A stretch of 64,000 nt of DNA from Oikopleura dioica (taxonomy: Eukaryota > Animalia > Chordata), in contig OU015570.1 of the NCBI GenBank assembly GCA_907165135.1, positions 1,364,001-1,428,000 on the forward strand, in the 5' to 3' direction. Below, one piece after another: positions 12,405-26,230 of this stretch. Every line of letters begins with the position of its first letter. Within the stretch, counting starts at the first letter, position 1. The notes beneath the pieces were generated by a model. That model was not told the DNA's origin. It made no database searches and worked only from the letters and a program-made list of their open reading frames with translations. The position numbers and the translations under genes are program-made.

Positions 12405-15400
12405 CAGCACCTTAGAAAACCTAAGTCTAACAAAATTTTCGAAAAAAGATCGAATTTTATGATTTACTCCAAGCGCACCGGGCGCGCACCGAGCCGCTCC
12501 ACCACCAAGCTAAGCTCCGATGGTTTTTTCTCTTGCATTTTCAGAATCAGTGTAAAAAAGTGATCTAATGACCTTATTTTCGAGAAAAAGACACAAATCT
12601 GATTTCCCGATACAAATACCTAATAATTTACCTTCCAAATTGTTTGAAATTTGTTTTCTAGGGGTTTTCAAGTATACTGACTGCGATTATGGTGGATTTA
12701 TTACTTAAAGTCAGTTTTATTCTTCTGAAATTTTTGAGTTAGATCAAATTATGGCAGTTTATTTTTTCTTTTAGCTTTTTTCCAAGCTCAATCAATTTTT
12801 TTCCTAAGGTTTCAAGCGCTTATTCCATAGCTTACAGCAATACAATCATGACTGACCGGAAATCCCGGTGATTTCCTCAATTCAAACATTGAACCACTTT
12901 ATTTTGTCACCTTCTGCATAAAGGTTCGGTTCGCGCACCAGGCGCTCCGTAAACAGGCGCGCTCTTGCTCAAAGACCACCTTAGTCTCCACCACTTTTGA
13001 CCAACTTCCCGATATTTCCCTTTCTTCAAATTTTCAGAGGACATAGATGGATGAGTTTGCAACTTGTTTTAAAAATAAAAAAGGCATTAAGAAAGCATTA
13101 ATGGGTCTCAAAATGATGATTTTCTGAAAGAAATCGCTTTTTAACAATGAAAATGAAGACTTACGAACATAAAATATAGATATTTGAAATCAGCATCATT
13201 TTTCATCCTTTTTTGGTTATATACTCGTCAATTTTTTCAAAATTTATGAAAAAAATTATTTTTATATTCGTTTAAGGCAACCAATTCACCCCTCGAAATT
13301 TCCAATCATTTACTTGTTGGATAATAAAGTTAGAATTTTTGGGACAAACCTGAAATTGTCAACAAGGCCATCAAGGCAATCACGGCCAGCAATGCCATCA
13401 AGGCCATCAATTCCCAATTTCAGAATTTGAGAAGTTTTGTAGATTTGGTTGTTGTTGTTTTTATAAGCGCGATCCTAGAAACGTTCTTGCTCTCAGAAAT
13501 TACTGCGTAGCTGAATTATTAACTTTTGAAGCAAAAAACGACGATTAGAAAGCAGAAAAAGCGGGCGTGCGCTCCGGGCCTGTCTTATAGCCTATAAGTT
13601 ATAGGAAACCCAAGAAGTAACTTTCTAGAATTAATGGCCTTGATGGCGGTTTTGGCAAATTCAGGTTATCGGAAATTTTGATGATTTCTAAAATGAACTC
13701 GATGGGCTTGATGGCCTTATTGACAATTTCAGGTTTTCCCAATTTTTGTGTGCGCCGCACAGTGCGGACCCTAGATATGGCCCATATGATATGGCGGTCA
13801 TCTTCGATTCTAGATAACCCCTTTTCATTAAGATCATTCAGGCCATTCAAAAACCCCTCGCAAAGAAACCTTATCAAATTGGAAAAATTTTCAGAACGTT
13901 TATAAAAAAAACTGTACATACCTAGGGTGAATTTACAAAAAAAATCAACTTTTTTCCTGTGAATCCTATCTTGTTGAAACTTGGCATGGTGAAAGATCAT
14001 ACCCGAGTTTTTAACAAAATTTTTTTTTCGAAAATTTTTTTTTCGTTTTTCAACCCTTTTCGCCCCGATAAACGAGTATCTTTTGAGCGCCTCCAGTCTG
14101 GGTGCTCTTTTTGGGCGGAATCGATGGTCGTCGGTCTTCTGATCATTATTCTAAAAAAAAATTTAGTGAAGCTATCACCGATGACTCAGAATCGGCATTT
14201 AATTGTGACGTAACAGTGTTATGTAACATAATTATCAATTAACAATAAGTCCTCCAGTACAGAGCTTGTAGCTAGTGGGCTGAAATTTTGGGATAATAAG
14301 GTATTGGCCCCCACTAAAAATATTGAAATTGTAAATTTTTTGGTCTGACCACGTGATCACGTGATACTGGTGATTTTTAAAAATTTTAACTTATTAAAAT
14401 AAAACGGGGCCGTCTCAGCCCCGTTCCTTGATTTTTTAATTTAAGGGGCTTGACAAAGGCTGGGAAGTCTGAGTTGATCGGCTACTTTAGAGGGCGCTAG
14501 AAGAAAATCACATGATATTTTTGAAAAAAAAATTTTCAATATGAAGTTAATATGCATAGGAGAAGTCCCATACAAAAATTGAAAGCCGTACGACCCCTAG
14601 ATCAAAAATTGATTTTTTGTAAATTCACCCTATACATACCACTAACGACGACTTCAAAAATTATTGAAGAATTCGTGCAATCTGTCGGTGACGGTTTTTA
14701 TTACGTTGTTAAAACTGATTTCCACAGTCAAAGAATTTTGACTTTTTGTGAATTCGTTGCAAAATTGTAACAAATTAATTACTTGATTTTTTTATTTAAA
14801 AAAATTCTTGTGAGAAACATATTTTGAAAACATTTTGATTTAACATACACATGATACACCGAGCGTACCCAAACTAAAATTATCAATTGGACACAGAAAA
14901 AGATTATTTTCTTGAACGCTTCAAGTTGAAGCAATACATGAAATTTTCATTAATAAAAATTATTTCACCTACAAAAGGCATTAAAAACGATTAGGCCTGA
15001 TCTTTTTATCGCAGTGAAAACTTAAAATTTTGCCTACAGTGGTGTGAGGAGTTTCCGCACCCTTTACGGTAAAAGTTTTACCCGCTCTTTAGGGGTGCGG
15101 AAACTCCTCACACCACTGTACTCCAAATTTGGCTGGTTTTGGTCGTAATTGACTGATTTAAGAATCTGGAAAAGACTAAAAAATTGGCCGCTTTTTCAAA
15201 AATAAAAAATTTTGGATCAAAATTGCGACCAAATTATGCTATTCCTTGGCATTTGAGTTTTTAAAGTGTTAAAATGGTTGTAGGCGGTCTCTTGCGAATT
15301 TAGTCCTACGAACACTGAAGTGCCTGTCGTGGGATTTTTAATCCCATGAAATAAAATATGCTGTCGTGGGTTTTTAAAAATCCCACGACAGACACTTCGG

Positions 15401-15888
15401 GTGTCGTAGGATTTTCAATCCCACCAAACCGCATTTCGGACCATTATTTTCGTGGGATTTTTCTGCTCAAAAGTCGAAAACATATTTGGAGTTACTAGTG
15501 CATCTCCAGAACAAAAATAATATTTTCAAAAATGATTGAGGAATTCGAAATGGATTTTAAAAGAGAATAAGAAGCTCTTATTCGCGGAGGATCCTTGTCT
15601 TCAGCTGATTTGAAAGAAATTATCAATGAAGCTAATGAAGGAATAATATATAAGTTATAATTAGGGTTTGTATCGGGAAATCAGATTTGTGTCTTTTTCC
15701 TCAAAAACATGGTCATTAGATCAGTTTTTCACACTGATTCTGAAAATGCTAAAGAATAAACCATCAGAGCTAAGCTTGGTGGTGGAGCGGCTCGGTGCGC
15801 GCACGCCCCCGGTGCGCTTGGAGTAAATCATAAAATTCGATCTTTTTTCGAGAAATTTGGTAGACTTAGGTTTTCAAAGGTGCTGATT
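12405..15888. repeat. Inverted pair of a ~225-bp repeat (~12405-12625 and ~15660-15888)
   Basis: CAGCACCTT...GAGCCGCTCCACCACCAAGC...TTTCCCGATACAAA and its reverse complement. Confidence 0.8.
15037..15118. mobile_element. 82-bp hairpin MITE
   Basis: Perfect TIR CAGTGGTGTGAGGAGTTTCCGCACCC; TA on both sides. Confidence 0.92.
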
Positions 15889-15969
15889 AATAATAAATAA
15901 CTTGTTTTATTAGATCCAACAGTTGAAAATAAATATTAATAAAAAAATAACATATTAAAGTTTCTTTCT

Positions 15970-16422
15970 TGCGAGACGTTTTGGGCGAATCGGAGTTTCA
16001 GCAATCGCAAGTTTCCTTTTTCCACTTTTTTCTTCTTTGATCTTTTTCCTCTCGATCTCCTTCTTTTCAGCTTCGATTCTTTGCTTCTGAATGTCCGCCC
16101 GCTTTCGACGAAATTGTTCCTACAGCTGTTTTCGGACTTCCTTCATTGTCTTCAGATCATTTGAGCTGTCGATTTTTCTCCAAAGTTCACCACGCTTCTT
16201 TTTCGACATTTTCTTCAAGTAAACAGATAGATTGTTGACTTGAGCGACAGTCATGTCAGCGATGTTAACGAAGGAAGAGCCGATGCTTGTGATTTCTCGT
16301 TGTTTCATCGAGCCGAAGACTCGCTCGCAGTGACGGTTCGAAGTTTCATATTTTCCTCGAAGATGAATAGAGTTCATCTGGTTGAAATCCATCAAAAGCT
16401 TTTTTCGGCTTCTTTCAGACAC
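15970..16422 (-). pseudogene. Possible DNA-transposase C-terminal remnant
   Basis: ETSNRHCERVFGSMK resembles the (T/S)N-x-x-(C/S)ER-x-F(G/S) motif of hAT-like transposase C-termini, followed by a Lys/Glu-rich tail with stops. Confidence 0.4.
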
Positions 16423-19400
16423 TCTCGAGTCGCTGAATTCATATCATCGCGAAGTTGCGCAAACCTTGGCATCGCTTTGATTTCAGCAAGCTTCCTTTAA
16501 GAAAAGGATAAGAATTTTTTTGAATTTATTTTTTGGGTAGAGCATAATTTCAGATCTTTATGAAAAAGGGTTGACGAGTTACAGGCCAAAAATGTCTAAA
16601 AACTATGAAGAACAGGTAAAGAGAAATTTTTATTCCACCAGCGTAATTCTCGGCCTAATTAAACCTAGATTCCATAAATTCTTTCTTGTAGGGGGAGTTT
16701 TTGTCTGTAATCCCCTAAAAAGGCTTGAAAATTGCGAAAATCAGCGGCGCGATGCCCTCGAGGCATCGTAAAAGCGAGGAAGGGTGTCCACAGCAATTTT
16801 TGATTATAAAATCGTTCTTTTTCAACTACAGTTGTTTCCTAATTCCAGGGCGCTGAATTTCCGGAAATTTTGCCATAAATATTTTTAAAAAGCTCTTGTT
16901 CGTGAATGGGTCCATTTGAACTTCAATCGGCGTTTAAACGTATCTTTGAGTATAATTTAAGACTCACCATTCACGACCCCAAAAAATTATTAATTAAGAT
17001 ACCGTGTTTGCTCAGATTTTTATTAGAAGAGACGTTTTGTAGTCGTTATAACTATGCTGCGAATATGACTTTTGCAGCAAGTTTAAATCGAGCGCGCCCA
17101 ATGGTCATAAAACCATTAGCGCGCGCACTTCAAAACCGCTCACCTCCAGCGCTGGCCCAACATGGCCCATAAAACGATTACCGCCCTAGCCCACTACAAA
17201 ATTTTACGACTATCTCCCTTTGTGGCTACCACCTACCACTACCTTATTGGCTACTACCGACACGGTTGGTACCCATCGTTCTGAATACGGCTACCACCTA
17301 TTGTCTATAAATAGCGCCTCATTTCCTTTTCTGTACACTCATTCACCATTCACGCAAATCCACGCAAGCCCAAAAAGGGTAAAATACTGTTTTCTGATTC
17401 TGCTCCTACTGACTGCTCTGTCAGTACAATAAACGCTCCGTAGTTGTTCAACTACCCCAAAAACAATCGCCTAGTCTCACCTTAATTTGTTATTGTTTTG
17501 CATAGTAAAAGCACTACAGTTTATTGATTCGATTTCTTTTACATGTCTCTTCTGAAATTTGATATAAATAAATAGCCTAAAATTGACCTAGATTTGGTTA
17601 TATAATTTTAATAAGAAAACATTGAAGTCATTCACGAAATTCGCCTATTTGCCGTTATGCCTATTTGTACTTTCTTTATCAGCGCTATATAATAACCATA
17701 CAACGATGGTGTTGCTACGTAGTTTACTTAATAAAATGAAAAACTTACGAAAATTTTTGGAATTTGAAAAAGGGAGCAAAATTGGGAGCTCCCAAAGGGA
17801 GCTCCCTTTTGGGAGCAGGAGCACGGGTTTTTACGAGGGAGCTCCCTTTTTTAGGGTGAGGGAGCAGGGAGGGAGCGGGAGCACGGATTTTCTACCAGAT
17901 TTCGAACTCTGTTCGCAAGTACCCGTGAGAGTACTTGTTACCACTGAATTGGAGGCCTGTAAGTGGCGATTAAAGTCGCGTTTGTTGTATTGACAGCCGT
18001 TTTACTTTGCAAACCACTAAATTAATTATTTCAATGAATTGAAAATCAAAAATTTTTACTCACAATTCTATTTGCGCATCCTTGGCTTGCGCATCGACAC
18101 CAGCCGGTTTTATTTTCCCCGAGGAAAAACTCCTCCCATCTGTGATTACTCAAGGCCCGGTAAAGTTCAGTGGGTGATGACTGACTTGTTGCGTTCTTTT
18201 CGACCGTCCAGAATTTTTTATCTCTTTTCGATCATTTTCGGAGAATCCTTGGGCTTCATAAAATTTCTCTACGCACTCTCGCCTCTCCATCTTTGGAGAA
18301 TAAGCGACAAAAAACCTTGTTTCTGCGTGATGCAGAAACAGACCGTGATTGGCTAGATCCGCTTATTTAGAAGGCAGAATTTTTATATGAGTCATTTTCT
18401 CACGAGAGAAAAGCGTAGGTTTCCGACAACCGACTCGACCAAAAATCGACCACAGACCACTTTCCGACCACTTTTCGACCAATTGTTTAAAAATCAATGT
18501 CCGGTCGGGTCGGTCCGACCAAAGCCCGATCGACACCCGACAATGTCGATTTGGTCGATGGTCGGCGCTGACCCTATGCGTCAAGCCGAGAGTCAACAGA
18601 TACAAGGGACCACGCCGCCGGTGCGAACCCATGCAGAGACAACAACAAGGCCCAAGTTTGAGCAAAGACTCGTTGTGAGCTCTGAGTAAACATAATCAAG
18701 GCCCAAAACCGAGAGAAATCGGCGACTCCGATGGTGAATCGGAATATTAATATCATCATTTTTTCGCCGTATTCGAAAACCTAAACTTTATAAAAAGTCA
18801 ATTCTTAATACAATAAGGATTTGGATTTTGAAAAATAAGGTCCTCCAATCGTGCGGAACCCTAATCAAGGGTGTATTGAGCATGAGATTCGGATCAAGCT
18901 CAGCCGCGGATAAGCCACAAAAGTGAAAAAGAGAAGATTCAAAAATGGAATTCGCTAAAACTTTGCCTTGGCCACACGTGCAAAACATTCCAACCGAATC
19001 CGACGTCACCCGGTTTTATCAGATTTGGGCCAATTGGTTGCAAGTCGGGTGGCACAATTAATACCCATCATTTTTGGTTCGAAGCGGGGAAATTTGAGTT
19101 TTCATTTTAATAGGTTTTTGTAATGCACGTTTTCTTGACAAAACATTCTGCTGATTTAAGTCTACTTGTACCATCAAGTCCTCCACATGCATAAATATAT
19201 CCATCTTGATGATATGTCGCTTAATTATGCTCGAATTCAGAAGGATTTTACAAAAACGTGTCCTTTTTCAAGGCGTTATACATAGTCTATGTACTTAGCT
19301 AAGTTCCTGCTAAGTAAGCATACTTTTATTCGATTTTACATGTAATGGTCTTGAGTTGTGATTCTGGGCAAGGCCAGAGTAAGGTAAAATGGGCATGGAC

Positions 19401-19732
19401 CATAGGCAGGGTTCTAAACGGACATGTCCGTGTACGGATTTTATCCGTGTCTGTCCGGTCTTCTCCGTACGGACAGACTAGACTTTTAGTCTATTGGTTG
19501 AGGAAAAACAGACAGCCTAGATCGGACTTTTGTCACGATCCGGACAAAATCCGTATTTGTCCGTGAAATCCGGACAACCCCAGACTTTTGTCCGTGGTCG
19601 TGAGTTGTCACCTGGGGACCAGGTACCAAGATTGGAAATTTTTCCTAATCTGGGGACCTGGTACCAAGATTAGCTTTTATTTCTAACCTGGGGACGAGAG
19701 TACCAACATTGGGATTTTTTCTAATCTTCAGA

Positions 19733-21859
19733 AAGGTTCGGGCTTATAGGTAGCGGCACTGACGGACATGAGGTCGTCGAAGCCGAGTTGGCGGTGACGT
19801 CGGTGATGAAGCAGCAGCTAACACGTGAGTTAAATAAAAATTGGGATGACTTACCGGGCTGAAAGCGTGGAAATGCTGGACGTAATTGGCGAGCGTAGCA
19901 ATTTTTTCAGCTGACGACAACGGCCTGATCTTAATGCGATCGCGAATCTTGGGACTTCATTTTTGGCTTATATCATGTTCTAGATCAGGGTGGGGAATGT
20001 CTTAAGAAAATTCAACGGCACCGGCACGGCACGGCACACCAAAATTCCTGTGCCGCGGCACGGCACGGCACGGCAAAAAATTTAAGAAAGCGTGCCGGGA
20101 CACGGCACAGCACGGCACGGCACAGTTTTTCCTTTTTTCTCGTAAAAACACTCAAAAATATTTGAATATAATTTTATTTAAGGACCCCCGTCAACAATTT
20201 TCGAAAAATCTATTTTTGGAGTTTCAAAATTTTGACCCAAGAAATGGATTCTACAGGTCAAAAACGATTTTGAGGCTTCATTTTTTGGGGGTCTATCTCG
20301 ACTCTAACACCCTCAAAATCGCGTTTGAAAATCGGACTTTTTGACGAAAAATGACGAAAAAGTTCCAATTTAGCTAAAATTTCAGATTTTTCTTGGTCAA
20401 AAAGTGCTCCGAATAAGTTTTTATGATAAATTGAACTTCAAGGATAACTAAGAAGCCAAAATATGGCTTTTTTGAAATTTTCGATTATTTGAGGAAAATT
20501 GTTGACGGGGGTTGGGGGTCCTTAATAAATTCGTCTGCAACGAAGGTATCGGCCGAGAAATCTCGTGAAAAATTATTTTCGAAAAATTTTTAATTTTTTT
20601 GAAATCTGAATAAAAACCATAATTTGAATTAAAACCTGGCTAAATTGTATTTTAACAGTTAATGGGGGTGGGTGGGGTTTGGGAAGTAACAGTAAATTGA
20701 TCACCTCAGAGTTCCCTGCCATTGTCAAGCCCCTTAAATTAAAAATCAAGGAACGGGGCTGAAACGGCCCGAAGGGCCGTCAAGCCCTTAAATTAAAAAT
20801 AAAGGAACGGGGCTGAAACGGCCCGAAGGCATTTTTGCCTTTCGTCGGATGACAACAAATTTTCCCATATTTTTGAGACAAAAATGAATCATAAGGGTTA
20901 TAGGGGAAGGCCCGAGTCTACCGCATGTTTCTATCGCCCGAACCAAGTATGATTCAAAATGTGTTCTTTAAATTGGACTCTTGATGATTCTTTCTTTCAT
21001 TCTTTCAAAAATATTTTTCTGCCAACAAATCAGAGAAATGGATCAAAAATCCCCATCGAGATCTTCATGCACTTGAACCCAGCAATCTTCAAGCGATCAT
21101 GGATCAACAAAGGACTACCTCAAAAGAATTATTTTCGAGAAGAAATCGAGCAGTTTGAAGATCTCGATGTTGCAGAAAATATTCTGGACAAACAAGAATT
21201 AGTCGAGCATTTTCTGGCGCTTCAAATGGAAGAGCTACGACTCGGCGAGTCGTAGCTCCCCGCTTTAAATTGATGAAACACGTCCTTGGACTCCGATGGA
21301 GATGGAAGAAATGCTTCAAGTTCAAGTGACAAACAATGCTGACACTGAATTTTTAGCCATCGAGTTCAAAATGGCCGAAGACACAGTCGATGATAACTAG
21401 CTTTTACAAGCGAAACTGTAACTTTCGGATTAAAAAAGTGGCCTTAAAGTGGATTTTTTAGGATGACAGATTTTGGAGATTTTCCGAAAAAGTGGCCTTA
21501 AAATGGGTTTTCACTGTATTATATTCATATATAAATTATATTATATTATGCCGCATGGTCCATGCCGGAAGTGACCCTAGGATGAAAAAGTTTAGTAGGA
21601 GTTCAAATGGATTGAATTTACCGTTCCCAGGGACAGGCCCCACCATATCTCATCGTGGTAGAAGCGAAGGACTGTTCCATGAAAGGTTCGGGCTTATAGG
21701 TAGCAGCACTGACGGACATGAGGTCGTCGAAGCCGAGTTGGCGGTGACGTCGGTGATGAAGCAGCAGCTAACACGTGAGTAAAATAAAAATTGGGATGAC
21801 TTACCGGGCTGAAAGCGTGGAAATGCTGGACGTAGTTGGCGAGCGTAGCAATTTTTTCA
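19733..21859. repeat. Direct repeat of ~178 bp (19733-19910 and 21682-21859)
   Basis: GAAAGGTTCGGGCTTATAGG...GCAATTTTTTCA nearly identical in both; contains a minus-strand GTAAGT...TTAG mini-intron-like segment. Confidence 0.85.
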
Positions 21860-22175
21860 CGGAAAACTAAAACAGCGGAAGCGACGAGTAGAAAAAGGCG
21901 AAGGCGAAAATCGTGAAAATGGTCGTTTGGATTTTCGTGCACGTGAAGGAGAAATAAAGACGATAGGGAGCGAGCTGTTACTCTCGAGGTCGACGATTCG
22001 TGTCATACTAGACGAGAAAAGGTGGTCGGTAGTCGTGCCCGAAATTCTGAGTGAAAAATAAATCGCAAAAAATGGGCGAGCTCAGCTAGGCGGCGCTTAT
22101 GAGTTTCCGTTCAAGCCTGAATGAAACAATTTCCGCAAAAGTATTCGCTGAGTGAAGTATGATGATACGGGAGAC

Positions 22176-22576
22176 ACTGAATTGTGCCGCCCTGCGCCGC
22201 CTTGCGCCGCCCGGTCTCGCCGGATCCGAAGATATTTTGTCTTTCAAAAGCGCGTTATTTAGATTTTTATATAAAATTAGTTATTCTGACATATTTATAT
22301 TGTCTGAAAATTAAAAAAGGTAATTCTATAATTTTGGGTGCCAGTAGAGTAATTCTCAACCAAATTCAGATTTTCGCATAAAATCACAAATTTATTGAGC
22401 ACGCGACGGGCCAGAGGCCCTTACGCGCGCATTTCCTGGTAGAGAACTCATTGGGTTGGCGGGGCCCAACTCTCGCTCTTGTTCAGAACTGTTTCCTAGG
22501 TCATAGTTGGGTCGAATGAGAGCCGAATGGTTTCGGACCGGACGACGCTGGGCGGCGCAGGGCGGCACAATTCAGT
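22176..22576. mobile_element. TIR element (MITE), ~400 bp
   Basis: TIR ACTGAATTGTGCCGCCCTGCGCCGCC and its reverse complement. Confidence 0.75.
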
Positions 22577-22944
22577 ACCCCCCAATAATACGTGAGTAGA
22601 CCGCGCAAGGAACTGGCATGGAAGAGCTTCAATCGCCAAGTTTAGACTCTTGGTGAACAACTCTTTTTCAGGTGGGTAAACAGTTTGGTCCACAGACATG
22701 ACGGACGCAAGCGAGTCTGTGAGCTGTATCCGACTTTCGTCGAAATCAACGTCAACAGCGGCAGGGTTCTGTTTCAAAGGAGTCAAAGATACAGTCGCAC
22801 CGGAGGAGCTGTTCAATTTAGAAGGCAGTTAAGGCAAGAAAAATTCCGAACGAGGGGATGATGGACCCGCAATGTCTCCGAATGTTTCCGAAATTTGGAA
22901 AATAAACATGTTCTAGAGATTTTTCGAAAATACGCAAAAATATA

Positions 22945-24608
22945 CAGTTAAAACCCATTTTAAGGCCGATTTTCGGATGACAGCGAATTGCAAAAGTGGT
23001 CTTAAAATGGATATTTTTTGTCTCGAATTGGATGAAAAAAATTTTTTTCATTCTTTGGAAAAAAAAATGATGAATGAGGGTTAAGGGTAATGGACCTATG
23101 GTATACTATGGTATACTAATGGTATACATCGGCGCGGCGCCGCTTGCTCGATCCGCTCTCCGCAAGAACCTATTTCTCACGAGGCCGTGTGCGCTCTTTT
23201 GAAAAGAGAGTTATTCTCGCCCGCGCCTCTCCGCTTCCTATTTCTCGCGGCGCGCTCCCGCTGCGCTCTTTACAAATTGCGATGTAAAATTAATGAAAGC
23301 TTAAAACAAAAATCTAAAACACAGAAATTCTAGAGCTGACGATTCTCTACAAGACAGTCAAATTTTCAAAAAATTTGGATGAGAAATTATGGAGAAAATG
23401 TCATTTGAAGGAAACTGGCACTTTTCACATTGTTCCTCTTTGAAAATTGTTTTAATTTTCGATCAGTTTATAGAAGAGACTTTGAGGATTCCAAATCTGT
23501 TTGAATCTCAAGAAAATCTCGATCCGTTCAGATTTTACGGCCTCGTGAGAAATAGGTTCTTGCGGAGCGCGGATCGAGCGAGCGGCGCCGCGCCGATGTA
23601 TACCATTACCCTTAAAGGGGTGGCGGGCGCCCAGGTTCACAATCGGTTGGTTCACAATTTTGTGAACCCGGTTCACAATTTTGTGAACCTGGTTCACAAT
23701 TTCGGTCAAAAAAAGTGACTGAAATTGACTGAAGGCGCGGTTGTAAAGAAAGCTCATAACGTCAAAAATGAGTTTCTCTATGAAATCAGGCGCGGAGCGC
23801 ATACAGACCCCTGATTTCATACTTTTAAAAATTTTGTGAACCGGGTTCACACAGATTGTGAACCGGGTTCACAAAATTGTGAACCTGGTTCACAATTGTG
23901 AACCTGGGCGCCCTACACCGCATATCGCATATTTCTTTCGCTGAAGAAAGTGTAAATCATGGACTTTTTCCAAATGTGTCTTTTGAATTGAACTCAAGGT
24001 GATTCTTTTTTTTCATTATTTCAAAAATAATATTCGAAGAACACGTCTGAAAAAAGATAAACATGACAAATGCTAAGAAAAACGATATGAAGAGATTCTA
24101 GTGAAGACCTCAAAGAACAGTGACGTGGAGAAGACAATTACTGAGCTTTTTCGATAGAAAAATGGTCTGTAAATTCGTCTGCGTGTATATACACGCCTAT
24201 TTAATGATAGATTGGAACTCTTGGACTCAAATCTATGTGAAAATTTGAAGAGAAAAAATCATCAAAGAGTACCGAAAAAGAGAAATAAAAAGTATCATTT
24301 TTTACCAACTCTTGATTAAACACAAGACATCCCGCAGTCGAATAATATAAGTTTTTTCAGGTGACACTGCAACTTTCAGATATTGAATAGAAATTGAAAG
24401 AAAGTGGTCTTAAAATGGATTTGTTGAGGACATTTTTTATTTTGTTTATTATGTCCGTTTGTTTATAATGTCCGTTTTGTTTATAATGTCCGTTTGTTTA
24501 TAATGTCTGTTTGTTTATAATGTCCGTTAACCGTTGAGGATGACAGATTTTGAGGATTTTCCGAAAAAGTGGCCTTAAAAGGGCAGGCCTTAAAATGGGT
24601 TATCACTG
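22945..24608. mobile_element. Non-autonomous Tc1/mariner-like element, related to 9389-10822, with nested inserts
   Basis: TIRs CAGTTAAAACCCATTTTAAGGCC / GGCCTTAAAATGGGTTATCACTG, TA flanks; nested GTGAACC/GGTTCAC-rich element at ~23625-23915; (TTTGTTTATAATGTCCG)n at ~24443-24528. Confidence 0.8.
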
Positions 24609-25259
24609 TAAATAAGCTAAAAAATATTGTTTGATACTGTAAAAATGATTTTCTTTTTTAAAATCCGTAGAATTAAGCGCTCCGCGCAATTTGTGGTAGA
24701 AAACTCATTGATCAGATAGGTAACCCTCTCATTTACACGCCTTCTATTGTACCGACAAAATTAAGATATTCGTAGTTTCTAGAACATTTTTGTTATTTTC
24801 GGAGACATTCGGAGACATTCCCAGGGAAAAAGAAAACTCGTGGTAAAGAGGAATTTTTTTAGATTGAAAATGGAAGCTCGTTGGCAGCGCGTGAATTTGC
24901 GCTTGTTCTTGGACAACTTTCTGAATTCGATGCTGGGAGCTTGCTCCATTCGCTTGCGTGAGATTGATTTCTCGCGCCGATGCTGCATTGTGCACTCGTG
25001 TGACAATCACGTGTGCATGAATTGCGCAAGGGAATGCGCGGTCTACCCATATTGCGGGTGGACGATCGATACAGTTTTTACCTCTTTTGTGGACTTTTTT
25101 TGTCCCAAATTTTCAAAAAAATGTCCACAAAAGAGCGTTTAAATTTTTTTCTTCGAAAAATGGCAAATTTCCGACCTCCTGAGGTAGCTTTTGGTGAAAA
25201 AGCATGTGAGCGTCGAAAATGCGAAAAGTCGTGTATCCTAGCAGATGAACCAGGAAGCG

Positions 25260-26230
25260 TCGACAAGCGATGGTTCGATGGTCACGGGTATTGCGGTTTC
25301 TATCATCATGAATGCGGTTTACAGCAGATTGATACTCGCAGTAGAGGGTATAGACGTTGACGTGGTTGTACCCAGGGAAAACAGGAAAATTTCGGCTCGC
25401 TGATCTTCTGGATGACCGTCACGGTCAAAGGTCACGCGGATCGGAATTTTCCCGGCTAGAATGTATGCAGGTGTCACGTTTGCACCAAGAACGTCGGAAA
25501 GAACCTTTAGAGAAATGATACACAAGGTAGAATTAGCCACATTGTCGTCCCGGTCAGCTCGGCGAGTCCCACGCTGGGGATTCACGCTGCAGGCATCGAA
25601 CTCGTACTTGTAAAGAATGTCATCAGCAATGGGCGTTCGAGATATAGTTCACGGCGTGAACTTCACGCCGCCGGGCGAGGTTGTTGAAAAAATGGCAAAA
25701 CGTTTGAAATTTCTTTCAGATAACTCCGCGGAAGTCAAGGAGGAAAACGAGGAGATTTAATTCGAGCTGGTAGGCCAAAGGCATTCATTGTACTATCTAA
25801 ACACTTGTGGTTAGTTCTTTTGAAATGATTTAGGAGAAGAGATAAAATTCTAATAGATTTAGACTTATGCCTCGAAGAAAATCGACGCCAATGAAAATGG
25901 TAACGTCTACGCCGTCGTTTCGTGACCTCGACGACGGATATAAGCCGCCAGAAACCACGAGCATTTTCAATACGGACGATTAGCGCCGAATGACGTCCGG
26001 TAAATTGGATCTGACACGAGACGCCAAGCTCTCAGAAGAGTCTGCACGTGCAAAACACGAGCTAAAAATGGGAGTTCCCCTTGGCCAATTCGTTAACACG
26101 TTCAGCAAGATCGAGGATGTTAAGCCCAACGAGAGCGACACGAAAATCAAAACGCTCATCGGGGCGCTTCGAATCCTGTGCGAAAGAATCGCGAGAGCAG
26201 GAAATATGATCTTTACTGTTGACGAGCAGG
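25260..26230. mobile_element. Element D, left part: degenerate relative of element C (divergent gene pair)
   Basis: ORF 25990-26230 (LKMGVPLGQFVNTFSKIEDVKPNESD...DEQ|GT) aligns with the C ORF at 61396 (LRIGVRLNKFIDILKNVKEFKLNEND...EEE|GT) with the same intron position. A minus-strand remnant at ~25319-25740 lies head-to-head, as in C. Confidence 0.75.

Noticed and set aside
12176-24000. Numerous 60-130 aa ORFs in AT-rich repeats
   Set aside because: Phe/Lys/Ile-rich translations of MITE sequence with no domain motifs.
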